Source of the DNA: Candidatus Anderseniibacteriota bacterium
Lineage (GTDB): Bacteria > Patescibacteriota > Andersenbacteria > UBA10190
Assembly (NCBI GenBank): GCA_035290125.1
Contig: DATDVI010000069.1
Location: forward strand, 1-42,733
Length of the DNA: 42,733 nucleotides
Reading direction: 5' to 3'
The notes beneath the pieces were generated by a model. It was not told the origin of the DNA. It saw nothing but the letters and a program-made list of their open reading frames with translations, and did no database searches. Of the stretch, positions 15,257-22,767 are shown piece after piece. A program made the translations under genes and the position numbers. Each line of letters starts with the position of its first letter. The first letter of the stretch is position 1.

Positions 15257-15559
15257 ATGTTCGGGTGGATTATTGGCATTGCCTTTGGCGTTGTCTTAGC
15301 ACTAATTGGGAGAGGTCTCTACAACAACTGGCAGTATCCAAAGCTTGAAGCAGCCCTACTCGCTACCTTGGGGAAAGAGAGCAAGATGTCCGGAGAAGAG
15401 CTGCGCGCTAGTCTGAGGAAGCAAGGCTTTCGTATCTCGGGTCCTCGCTTCCATTATATTATGTCTTGCTTAAAAAATGCCAAGATAGTTGATGGCTGGA
15501 TCCAGGAAGAAGTCATCGACGGCGAAACTGTTAGGCCTCGCTGGTATCGTCTGCGCTAG
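15257..15559 (+). CDS. Membrane-anchored small winged-helix-like protein
   Basis: There is a GAGGAG SD and an N-terminal TM helix. 'MSGEELRASLRKQGFRISGPRFHYIMSCLKNAKIVDGW...RPRWYRL' resembles a PadR/MarR-type wHTH. Confidence 0.5.
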   Translation: MFGWIIGIAFGVVLALIGRGLYNNWQYPKLEAALLATLGKESKMSGEELRASLRKQGFRISGPRFHYIMSCLKNAKIVDGWIQEEVIDGETVRPRWYRLR

Positions 15560-15580
15560 AAGAAAAAAACGAAACCAAAG

Positions 15581-15644
15581 GTCACAGGCCTGCCCCGTAG
15601 TTGTGCGCAGCACATACTTCGGGGTTCGAATCCTGTCACGGGCA
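15581..15644 (+). other. Structured tRNA-like element; its 3' part resembles the tRNA-Gln 3' half
   Basis: TCGGGGTTCGAATCC-TGTCACGGGCA (15619-15644) compares with the tRNA-Gln sequence TCGGGGTTCGAATCCCTGCCCGGGA. Pairings are GTCACAGG/CCTGTCAC, CCCCG/CGGGG and TGTGC-GCA-GCACA. There is no D-arm and no 7-nt anticodon loop. Confidence 0.5.
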
Positions 15645-15655
15645 TTTGTCCCTCG

Positions 15656-15718
15656 CCGCTCGGTTTATTCACGCAGTATCTTCTGATCTCGTGACCAAAT
15701 CCCAGCGGTTTTTCTTTA
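15656..15718 (+). terminator. Probable terminator of the 15257 transcription unit
   Basis: The outer stem CCGCTCGG...CCCAGCGG has 1 mismatch and the inner stem is TCACG/CGTGA, followed by TTTTTCTTTAT. Confidence 0.4.
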
Positions 15719-15726
15719 TCCAAATG

Positions 15727-16434
15727 TTACTGCGGCAGAATGAGCTGAACGCGCTGCATGTTAGCCAGTAAAATCTCGCCAGCTTTAGTGAATGCCGTGT
15801 GAGCTTCATTGAATCGATCCATATGCCGTAGCAGCTCCGCCCGACGCTCCGGCGTCATCTCGGAAATGCTCTCGTAAATAATTTCATTATCGATCGTCAC
15901 CAGCATCGCCTGGTACGTTTGCAGAAATGTTCGAAAGCTCTGTAGGTATTCGCGAAACACATCCGTCTGCACGGCTTTAAACCAAGCAACCGCGGCAGCA
16001 TCGAACTGCTCTGGGTTTTCTTGAATCTTAGGCGCCAGATGCGCCACCGACTGCATGAGGGCTTCGTGCTCCTCAACCAGCTTAACCATAGCGGCGGCTT
16101 TCGCGTGGCAGGATTCAATCAGCTTCTCCTCAATTAACACAATGGGCGCTTGGTCGCAGCCCTCGAAGTTTGCCACAGCACTGAGCATAGCGCGCCAGTT
16201 GTCCTGAATGGCATGCCAGAATGTGAGCAGCGTCTCCGCCTCGGCGCGCTGCTCCACCAGCGCCGCTTCCACCTTGGCCACCTCCGCCTCACGCACAGCA
16301 GGCGGCAATTCTCGCACCACCGGCTCGGACGCTTCCTCATTCGTAATATCCCACCACATAGCCGTAAACGCTGCCCCGGCTAAGGGAAGAGCCAGGATAA
16401 CTAAGCCCCATTTGTGCCAACGGGATAACGTCAT
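15727..16434 (-). CDS. Orphan helical protein with an N-terminal TM anchor
   Basis: Start is ATG 16434 (MTLSRWHKWGLVILALPL...). The rest is predicted alpha-helical. I recognised no motif. Confidence 0.5.
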   Translation of the reverse strand: MTLSRWHKWGLVILALPLAGAAFTAMWWDITNEEASEPVVRELPPAVREAEVAKVEAALVEQRAEAETLLTFWHAIQDNWRAMLSAVANFEGCDQAPIVLIEEKLIESCHAKAAAMVKLVEEHEALMQSVAHLAPKIQENPEQFDAAAVAWFKAVQTDVFREYLQSFRTFLQTYQAMLVTIDNEIIYESISEMTPERRAELLRHMDRFNEAHTAFTKAGEILLANMQRVQLILPQ

Positions 16435-16462
16435 GGCCTTGTAGTAATATACCAAGGCACTT

Positions 16463-16501
16463 TTGTCAATCTATTGACAAAAATAGAGCATTTGCTATAA
16501 T
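16463..16501. promoter_or_regulatory. Back-to-back promoter region with the palindrome TTGTCAAT-CT-ATTGACAA
   Basis: The + strand has TTGACA (16474-16479), a 16-nt spacer, then TGcTATAAT (16493-16501). The left arm gives a TTGACA on the minus strand toward gene 15727-16434. Confidence 0.5.
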
Positions 16502-16584
16502 GTAAAACTGTTGTATTGTGCCAATGATTAGTTGGCTCATTTCCAATCCGGCCCACGTAACCCCGTTTAGAAAGGATATGAAAC

Positions 16585-16932
16585 ATGGGCATTAAAATGC
16601 GAATCGGTTCGACAGTAGTCGTTGGCGAATCTAACGCAGTTTCTGCTCAAAAGGTGTGGCAAAAGATTAGGGGAGGCAAGACTAAGCCCGATCACCGTGA
16701 CTTAGTCCACGTGATTGTGCACAGTCCCCAGCATCGTGCTGAGGCATGTCGCATACTCCTCGAAGACTCGCCCACTCATCGGGACCTCATCAACATCATT
16801 TTATGGGTGCCAGAATTTCGCTCTCAGTTCTGGCAGCTCTTAAGAGATGACTCGCCGACACGCGATGAGTTGAGAGAGGTCTACCGTCATATGCATGAGC
16901 TCCACCCCGAGATCAAGGCCATGATCACCTGA
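16585..16932 (+). CDS. Orphan small protein with three internal ~28-aa repeats
   Basis: The repeats are 'KPDHRDLVHVIVHSPQHRAEACRILLED', 'SPTHRDLINIILWVPEFRSQFWQLLRDD' and 'SPTRDELREVYRHMHELHPEI'. An AAAGGA SD is present. Confidence 0.5.
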   Translation: MGIKMRIGSTVVVGESNAVSAQKVWQKIRGGKTKPDHRDLVHVIVHSPQHRAEACRILLEDSPTHRDLINIILWVPEFRSQFWQLLRDDSPTRDELREVYRHMHELHPEIKAMIT

Positions 16933-16970
16933 TTCTCAATTTGTCCTATCTGCAATTAAATGCGATCCAA

Positions 16971-17007
16971 GGCCGCCTGGCTATTACCAGAGCGGTCTTT
17001 TTCTTTG
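16971..17007 (+). terminator. Terminator-family copy E
   Basis: GGCCGCCTGG...CCAGAGCGGTC is followed by TTTTTCTTTG. The GGTCTTTTTCTTT tail matches copies A and B. Confidence 0.6.
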
Positions 17008-17011
17008 CGTG

Positions 17012-17029
17012 GTTCCCGGGCAGGGATTC
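17012..17029 (-). repeat. Exact 18-nt duplicate of the tRNA-Gln 3' end
   Basis: GTTCCCGGGCAGGGATTC is identical to 17199-17216, which is the T-loop to discriminator plus 1 nt of tRNA-Gln. The orientation is the same. Confidence 0.9.
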
Positions 17030-17088
17030 CCGCTCACCCGTCGCTCCGTCGTGCACTGCGTGCACATACTGCGCTCCTCCTTCGCGGC

Positions 17089-17145
17089 CGGGGTTTTAAA
17101 AAACGTAAAGCAGTTTACGTTTTTAAAATACCCTTCGAATCCCTG
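17089..17145 (+). other. Inverted tRNA-Gln T-arm-like fragment split by a 38-nt hairpin insert
   Basis: CGGGGTT (17089-17095) and CGAATCCCTG (17136-17145) would join to CGGGGTTCGAATCCCTG. The insert contains the perfect 11-bp hairpin AAAAACGTAAA-GCAG-TTTACGTTTTT. Confidence 0.5.
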
Positions 17146-17160
17146 TGTAGAAAACATGAA

Positions 17161-17182
17161 AGCAAAAACAGGCCAGAGGCCT
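17161..17182 (-). terminator. Terminator downstream of tRNA-Gln
   Basis: The minus strand reads AGGCC-TCT-GGCCT followed by GTTTTTGCT. Confidence 0.55.
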
Positions 17183-17199
17183 ATTTTCACTTTCATAAG

Positions 17200-17270
17200 T
17201 TCCCGGGCAGGGATTCGAACCCCGATTCGGAGATCCAAAGTCTCCTGTCCTGCCGTTAGACGACCCGGGA
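17200..17270 (-). tRNA. tRNA-Gln (anticodon TTG)
   Basis: The cloverleaf has acceptor TCCCGGG/CCCGGGA (U1-A72), anticodon loop CTTTGGA and T-arm CGGGG-TTCGAAT-CCCTG. No CCA is encoded. Confidence 0.85.
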
Positions 17271-17280
17271 AAGTGATTCG

Positions 17281-17309
17281 AAGATACCCAGCTTTTCTCG
17301 CTCGCGCAA
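17281..17309 (-). promoter_or_regulatory. Possible promoter for tRNA-Gln
   Basis: The minus strand has TTGCGC, a 17-nt spacer, then TATCTT, about 10 nt before the tRNA 5' end. Confidence 0.35.
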
Positions 17310-17316
17310 CTGTGCA

Positions 17317-18735
17317 TTACCCAAACACTTCCTTAACCGTCTCGGCGAATTTTTTTTCCTGCGCTTTGCGCTGCTCAGCCAGCGATGGCTGCGCGCCGCC
17401 ACTCTCCACCAGGCTAAAGCGCACAGCAATATCGCGCTTGAGAATGCCGCTGAGCGTCTCAACCAGCAGTTGCTTATTGGCCGGCTTCTCAAAGAACGTT
17501 CGGTGCAGGGAATAGTGTGCCTTAATGTGCAGCTCCTCGCCCACCACCTCCGCTGGCTCCAACGCCCGCAGGAACGTTGCCGCCACGGGATTTTTCTCCT
17601 TAACGGCTGCAATGAAACCCGGCCACGCTTGCTTAATCTCGGTCAGCGGCACTGCCGCTTCTTTAGTCTGTGCTGGCGCCGACGCCACAGGCTTTGCCTC
17701 CCCTTTCATATGGCACACCGTCAGAATCGCCAGGTGGACGGCAATCATTGGCTCTGGCACATACGCCAAATCCTGCAGCGCCTGCAGCAGCGCCCGCAAA
17801 ATCTGCGGTGCTCGCACCTCCAGCCCCGCCGGCTCATCCGGCGCGCCCGTGGCTATGCCCAATGCTCGATCGCGCACCAGGCGAATACTTTCCTTAAGAA
17901 ATTGCTCCGGGTCGCCGCCACCAGCCGCAGCTTCATCGACCGCTGCAATAGCCGGTGCGCTCTCGCCCGCCACCAGCGCCCGCACAAAACTATCGAGCAG
18001 CCGCGCGGGGGGCAAGCCGAGAAACGCGGTTGCCTGCTCAAGTGAAATCTCTCCCGCCTGCCAGGTGAGCAACTGCCCCAGCAACGATTCCGCGTCGCGG
18101 TAACAACCATCCGCCCGGTCGATAACAAATGTCAGCACATCGTCACCCAGCGTGCGCTTCTCGCCTTTCAGAATATGCCGCAAGCGCTCACGCATTTCTG
18201 CGGGTTGAGCGCGGCGAAAGCGATACACCTGGCAGCGCGAGGCAATCGTCGGCAATACTTTATGCAACTCCGTGGTGGCCAAAATAAAGAGAACGTGAGG
18301 CGAGGGTTCCTCCAGCGTTTTCAACAGTGCCGAGGCCGCCTCATTCGTGAGCATGTGAACTTCATCAATGATGTACACCTTGTACTGGCCCAGGCTGGGC
18401 ACAAATTTCGCCGCCTCGCGTAGCACGCGCACATCGTCGATTCCGCGGTTGGAAGCCGCATCGATCTCAATGATATCGGGATGATTGCCAGCTGCCGCGG
18501 CCTGGCACGAAGCACACGTCCTGCAGGGTTCTGCATCCTGCGCCGCCGTGCAGTTCACGCGCGCGGCCAGCAGGCGAGCGCTGGTCGTTTTACCCGTACC
18601 ACGCGGGCCATAGAGGAGATACGCGTGGGCGAGCCGCTGGCGCAAAATTGCCTGCTGCAGCGCTTCGCGCACGGAATCCTGCCCAACCAGTTCCGCGAAT
18701 GTTCGCGGCCGATATTTTCGGTAGAGCGTGGCCAT
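17317..18735 (-). CDS. dnaX: DNA polymerase III subunit gamma/tau
   Basis: It has 'YGPRGTGKTTSARLLA' (Walker A), 'CxxCxxC' zinc module, 'YIIDEVHML' and 'SRCQ'. Confidence 0.9.
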   Translation of the reverse strand: MATLYRKYRPRTFAELVGQDSVREALQQAILRQRLAHAYLLYGPRGTGKTTSARLLAARVNCTAAQDAEPCRTCASCQAAAAGNHPDIIEIDAASNRGIDDVRVLREAAKFVPSLGQYKVYIIDEVHMLTNEAASALLKTLEEPSPHVLFILATTELHKVLPTIASRCQVYRFRRAQPAEMRERLRHILKGEKRTLGDDVLTFVIDRADGCYRDAESLLGQLLTWQAGEISLEQATAFLGLPPARLLDSFVRALVAGESAPAIAAVDEAAAGGGDPEQFLKESIRLVRDRALGIATGAPDEPAGLEVRAPQILRALLQALQDLAYVPEPMIAVHLAILTVCHMKGEAKPVASAPAQTKEAAVPLTEIKQAWPGFIAAVKEKNPVAATFLRALEPAEVVGEELHIKAHYSLHRTFFEKPANKQLLVETLSGILKRDIAVRFSLVESGGAQPSLAEQRKAQEKKFAETVKEVFG

Positions 18736-18736
18736 A

Positions 18737-19252
18737 CTACGGCGCGCTATACGTTTTAGCCGGGTTCAATTTAGGCCGAAAAACGATAAATTTACTGCCC
18801 AGGAAATTAACCGACAAAATGCAGCCAATGGCGAGCGCCTTGGCGGCGTTATCCCGCTGGTCGCCGAACACAGCTTCCATCAGTGGCACTTGGAAAGTAA
18901 AGAAAGAAACCAGCAACTGGTTCAACAGCCACGTGAACACGTTCAGCGTAAAATACCCCGCCCACTGCCGGACCACCTGTCGGCTGGGGTCGCGGAACGT
19001 CCAGTACTTATTGAGCACAAAATTGCTAACGATGGCCAGAAACACGCTAATATTATTGGCAATAATAATTGGCTGCGCCAGGATGGTATAAAAAGCCGTC
19101 ATGCCAAGGCCACGGGTTAAGAGGTTATACGTCGTAAAATCAACGGTCGCCCCAACGGTGCCCGTAATGCCAAACTTAAGAAACTGGCGGGCGGCGTGCT
19201 GATATCGAATCGGCACCCGGGCAACCAGCGATTCAGCTAACGACTGCAGCAT
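18737..19252 (-). CDS. GtrA-family membrane protein
   Basis: 'QFLKFGITGTVGATVDFTTYNLL' is the GtrA N-terminal motif. There are 4 TM helices. Confidence 0.7.
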   Translation of the reverse strand: MLQSLAESLVARVPIRYQHAARQFLKFGITGTVGATVDFTTYNLLTRGLGMTAFYTILAQPIIIANNISVFLAIVSNFVLNKYWTFRDPSRQVVRQWAGYFTLNVFTWLLNQLLVSFFTFQVPLMEAVFGDQRDNAAKALAIGCILSVNFLGSKFIVFRPKLNPAKTYSAP

Positions 19253-19763
19253 GAATAACGTGCTCCACTGCACCCCACTCTGCCTGTCCGTGCTTGGGCA
19301 GCAAAATGGTTACTTCATCGCCCTGTTCAGCCCGGTAAAACGTAACGCTGGCCAGCAGGACTTTATATGTTGTATCAGCCACCATCACACCGAAGTTACC
19401 CTGCTCATCAACAACCAAACGACCCACGTGTCGTTCGCGCTCGACTGGTCGAATTTGCTTGTACACAAAAGAGCCATCAACTCCAATCGTCAGCTTGAGC
19501 ACATCTCCCTCCACTAACTTCGACTTCGAGGCGTAGTTCGGCGGCACCGGGTACGCTTCGCCATCGGTGCCCTGCATATTTTGCCCATCGAACACTCCCT
19601 CTACGATGCGCTCGCCCGGTGCGAGTTCGGTCACTTCCACTGCACTCCGCGTCGCTATTCCCTCATCGCCGCTTTCCAGCGTCTGGCGGACATACTGAAT
19701 ATTGCGCTCAGCTTCATCGAGTCGCTGCTTCAACAGAGCCAACACCTGAGGGTCAATGTCCAT
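19233..19763 (-). CDS. Hypothetical protein (coiled-coil N-terminus, beta-rich C-terminus)
   Basis: It is a clean ATG ORF coupled to the gtrA-like gene. 'YASKSKLVEGDVLKLTI' suggests an OB/S1-like beta barrel, but this is uncertain. Confidence 0.5.
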   Translation of the reverse strand: MDIDPQVLALLKQRLDEAERNIQYVRQTLESGDEGIATRSAVEVTELAPGERIVEGVFDGQNMQGTDGEAYPVPPNYASKSKLVEGDVLKLTIGVDGSFVYKQIRPVERERHVGRLVVDEQGNFGVMVADTTYKVLLASVTFYRAEQGDEVTILLPKHGQAEWGAVEHVIHAAVVS

Positions 19764-19804
19764 ATGTATGATACATGTGGGTGTTAATTGTATAGTAACA
19801 TAGT

Positions 19805-21301
19805 ATGATACGCCGGCAAACCGCGGGGCTCCTCGGAGTAATCGTCCTCCTGGGCGTCGCTCTGCGCAGCTACCACCTGGGGGCGCGCAGCTTATGGTTC
19901 GATGAAGCGTTCTCCTGGCGGCTGATTCAGTTTCCGTTGCCCGAGCTGCTCACCCGCGCCGCCGCCGATGTCCACCCGCCGCTGTATTACATCCTGCTTA
20001 AGCTATGGGCGAGCATTTTTGACACTTCCCTACTTTCGCTGCGACTATTCTCCGTTGCCGGAGCCGCGACAACAATCCTGGCGGCGTACGTGTTCACCGC
20101 CTACGCCAGCAACGATCGTCGCGCGGGGCTCATCGCGGCGCTCCTGGTTGCTGTCTCGCCCTTTCAAATTCAGTTCGCCTGGGAAGCGCGCATGTACACA
20201 CTCGGTACGACTCTCGCCCTTGCCTCATCCTATGGACTCCTGCGAGCCGTGCGCCGAAACAAGGGCTGGGGTGCCTACGTTGCTCTAGCGGCTGCGTTTG
20301 CCTATACGCACTACTTCGCGCTGTTCACGCTGGCCGCGCATGCAGTTTTTATCCTGCTCCAGCGTTCCCGACGCAGGCAGCCAAAAGTCTATCTGGCCGC
20401 CGCGCTGGTGCTCCTGCTGTATCTGCCACAGCTGCCAATCTTGCTGCAGCAAAATGCCCAAGTCCAGCAAAACTATTGGATCCCGCCCCTCAAAATCTGG
20501 TCGCTGCCAAACACGATCTATCACATGTTTGTTCCGGCGAACGCCTTTCCGCCAGCCCTGCTCGGCGCTCTAGCCACGGGAATACTCGGGCTGGCCCTTA
20601 TCATCAGCCTCATGGCTTTCTGGGTGCGCCGCCAAAGGTCGCTGCCGCGTGACGTGCGCCACTTCCTCAGTGCCACTATCCTCGTGCCCTTTGCGCTGGC
20701 CGCAGCTATTTCTGCCGTCAGTCAAAGCTTGTATCTGGATCGCTTTTTTATTTTCACCCATGTTTTTATGCTGGCCGGCCTGGCGTTGCTGGCGGTTAAA
20801 CTGTCTGCGCGCTCTCGCGTGCTCACGACAACATTGCTCATTGCAGGCTTTCTGGTCGCCTTTGCCGCTCGCTGGCAGGAACTCGATATTCCGCATAAGG
20901 GAGGAATGCAGGACGCGGTTGCTTTTATCAGCACATACCAGCCTGCTTCCCCAATAATCGTCAGCTCTCCATTTGTCTACTTCTCAGCCTTACATCACGT
21001 GGTAGAAAAATTTCCACACGTGTCGCCACCTCGCCTGTACACCACAACCGGCGAGCTAGTTCACTTCGCCGGTGGTCCCATTCAAACAGCCGAAGACATC
21101 GTTGGCCCGTCGTTTCTAACCCAAGACCATGCCGCCCTGTGGGTAATCGATACGACTGGTTTTGGGCAGCAGCCATTGGCCCCAGATCCCGCTTGGGTAG
21201 TGCAACACCAGCAGCACTTTCCCGAAGTATTCCCGCATCAGGGTGAGATCATTGCCACGCACTACGTTACGCGCCCCGTGTCCGGTAGTAAACCCGATTA
21301 A
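19805..21301 (+). CDS. GT39/ArnT-PMT-like membrane glycosyltransferase
   Basis: 'SLWFDEAFSW' and 'DVHPPLYYILL' match GT-C (PMT_2) motifs. There are about 11 or more TM helices. Confidence 0.75.
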   Translation: MIRRQTAGLLGVIVLLGVALRSYHLGARSLWFDEAFSWRLIQFPLPELLTRAAADVHPPLYYILLKLWASIFDTSLLSLRLFSVAGAATTILAAYVFTAYASNDRRAGLIAALLVAVSPFQIQFAWEARMYTLGTTLALASSYGLLRAVRRNKGWGAYVALAAAFAYTHYFALFTLAAHAVFILLQRSRRRQPKVYLAAALVLLLYLPQLPILLQQNAQVQQNYWIPPLKIWSLPNTIYHMFVPANAFPPALLGALATGILGLALIISLMAFWVRRQRSLPRDVRHFLSATILVPFALAAAISAVSQSLYLDRFFIFTHVFMLAGLALLAVKLSARSRVLTTTLLIAGFLVAFAARWQELDIPHKGGMQDAVAFISTYQPASPIIVSSPFVYFSALHHVVEKFPHVSPPRLYTTTGELVHFAGGPIQTAEDIVGPSFLTQDHAALWVIDTTGFGQQPLAPDPAWVVQHQQHFPEVFPHQGEIIATHYVTRPVSGSKPD

Positions 21302-22085
21302 TCACGCGCAGATCAATATATTCCAGTTGCTGCTTCTCTGTCTCGCTGACCATGCTCGAGAGCAGCTGGCTCAGGAGAGTCAGTTGCCGCTCCGCTGAGC
21401 GGGAGACGTCGAACTTAATTGTCCAGTTATTGCCCAGAACAACATGAACCTCGCGAGACGACAGCGATGGTATCCGAATTTGTGCCACCTCGCTTCCGGC
21501 AATGGTCGGCAAGCCAGCCTGAATAGCTTGCAGAAAAGCCACGAACTCCGGCGCCAGGGCAACCACGCCTAGCGTTACCGGCGTCTGAGTGTCGTCGTTT
21601 CTGATCGTTGGCAACACTATCCCCGGCAGCGTCTCGAGGCGCGCCTCTTCATAGGGTATACCCGAATCATCAACAAAGTAGTAGCGGCCGCTGGACAGCA
21701 GGAGCACTACCGGAGTCTTTTCTTGAACCACAGCCTTGATCGTGCCCGGCAGTTTGCGCTGCACGTGCACCGTGCGCACTTGGGGTAGCGCATCGTAAAG
21801 GGCCGCCTCGAGAACCTCGGTCTGCACAAAGAAAATGTTGCGGCTCAGTGCCATCTGCTGGAGTTTGCTATCAATAATCTCGCGGGCGTGCTCACCAGTA
21901 TGCTCCCGGGCATCAACGACCGTGACCGCCTGGACGGTAAAAATATCCGTAAAAAACAGGAGCCAGGCAAACAGTACCACTGCGCCCAGCACCAGCGTAA
22001 CCAGCAACCCTATCGAGAGCCATGGCACCAGGCGCGGAGCCGCACGTCGCCAGTTCCACCGCCAGTCTGTCAGACGAATACGCAT
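21267..22085 (-). CDS. ftsQ: Cell division protein FtsQ/DivIB-like (POTRA)
   Basis: It has a TM anchor, then 'FTVQAVTV...NIFFVQTEVLEAAL...VHVQRKLPGTIKAVVQEKTPV' (POTRA). Start is ATG 22085. Confidence 0.7.
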   Translation of the reverse strand: MRIRLTDWRWNWRRAAPRLVPWLSIGLLVTLVLGAVVLFAWLLFFTDIFTVQAVTVVDAREHTGEHAREIIDSKLQQMALSRNIFFVQTEVLEAALYDALPQVRTVHVQRKLPGTIKAVVQEKTPVVLLLSSGRYYFVDDSGIPYEEARLETLPGIVLPTIRNDDTQTPVTLGVVALAPEFVAFLQAIQAGLPTIAGSEVAQIRIPSLSSREVHVVLGNNWTIKFDVSRSAERQLTLLSQLLSSMVSETEKQQLEYIDLRVINRVYYRTRGA

Positions 22086-22139
22086 AGTTGTAAGTATCCC
22101 GTATTTGACAAAATCATACAAAGGTGTATCAAACAGTGA

Positions 22140-22712
22140 GTGGATGTTCTTTTCCTCGCCCCTTATAAAAAAGGACAATGTATGGGTCTCATCTCTTCTT
22201 TGCAAATCAGCCCAGGCTTCGCGTACCGCTTCTTCAATTGTGTACCCAAGGCGTGCGGTAACCTAACGGAAAAAGATTTCTACAGCTGGTTCAATCAGTG
22301 TTCAGGCCGGGCCAAGCATCTTTTCCGTCGTGCCGCTCTACTCCCATTTTTCCGAACCGGGCTAAAAGCTCAAAGCGGCAAGTCGGACCAGTCAATGCAA
22401 GAACAGTGGAGCCGTCTCTCTGCCCCTGCCAAGCGCTTGTTCTTCCATCGCTGCCAAAATAATCTTTGTAGCGTCTGGCACAACTACTATGGAATTTATC
22501 GAGCAATTTTGGCGCACGGCTTTGACAGAACCCAATTCGACGTTTGGTGGAATGGAGTTACCTCGCGCGAGCAGGCGCTCATCTTGGACAGCCTCTGCAA
22601 GCTCGTCGAAACTGCCAACGCTCAGGTGAAAATCACCGGCCTAACCGACGAAGACCATATTATTGTCCGGCCTGCTCTTGGTGCTGAAAGCGGCCAACTA
22701 CAAATCTTCTAA
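22140..22712 (+). CDS. Orphan Cys/Trp/Phe-rich hypothetical protein
   Basis: The start is GTG 22140, which lies 7 nt after TTGACA-16-TATCAA, or ATG 22182. I recognised no motif. Confidence 0.4.
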   Translation: MDVLFLAPYKKGQCMGLISSLQISPGFAYRFFNCVPKACGNLTEKDFYSWFNQCSGRAKHLFRRAALLPFFRTGLKAQSGKSDQSMQEQWSRLSAPAKRLFFHRCQNNLCSVWHNYYGIYRAILAHGFDRTQFDVWWNGVTSREQALILDSLCKLVETANAQVKITGLTDEDHIIVRPALGAESGQLQIF

Positions 22713-22719
22713 AGCCATC

Positions 22720-22767
22720 GCCCGTTGTTTCCCTTTCTCCCCTGGAAACCCCGGGCTTATTTTTTTA
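22720..22767 (+). terminator. Terminator shared by convergent ORF 22140 and serS
   Basis: The stem GCCCGTTGTTTCC...GGAAACCCCGGGC has an internal mismatch and is followed by TTATTTTTTT, which overlaps the serS stop. Confidence 0.55.

Noticed and set aside
17024-17040. GATTCCCGCTCACCCG resembles the tRNA-Gly 3' end (GATTCCCGCTACCCGC), which hints at a Gln/Gly hybrid junction.
   Set aside because: The match is short, needs an indel, and largely reflects the generic T-loop/acceptor composition. It is insufficient without a statistical search.
17341-17360. An A8 run (GGAAAAAAAATTC on the coding strand) in dnaX, considered as a possible gamma/tau frameshift site.
   Set aside because: It lies only about 13 codons before the stop. 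A frameshift there could not generate a gamma-type truncated product.
16960-17515. ORFs across the tRNA-Gln region: 16960-17259, 16984-17238, 17009-17515 and 17123-17317.
   Set aside because: They span a tRNA gene, terminators and repeat scars, or are antisense to dnaX.
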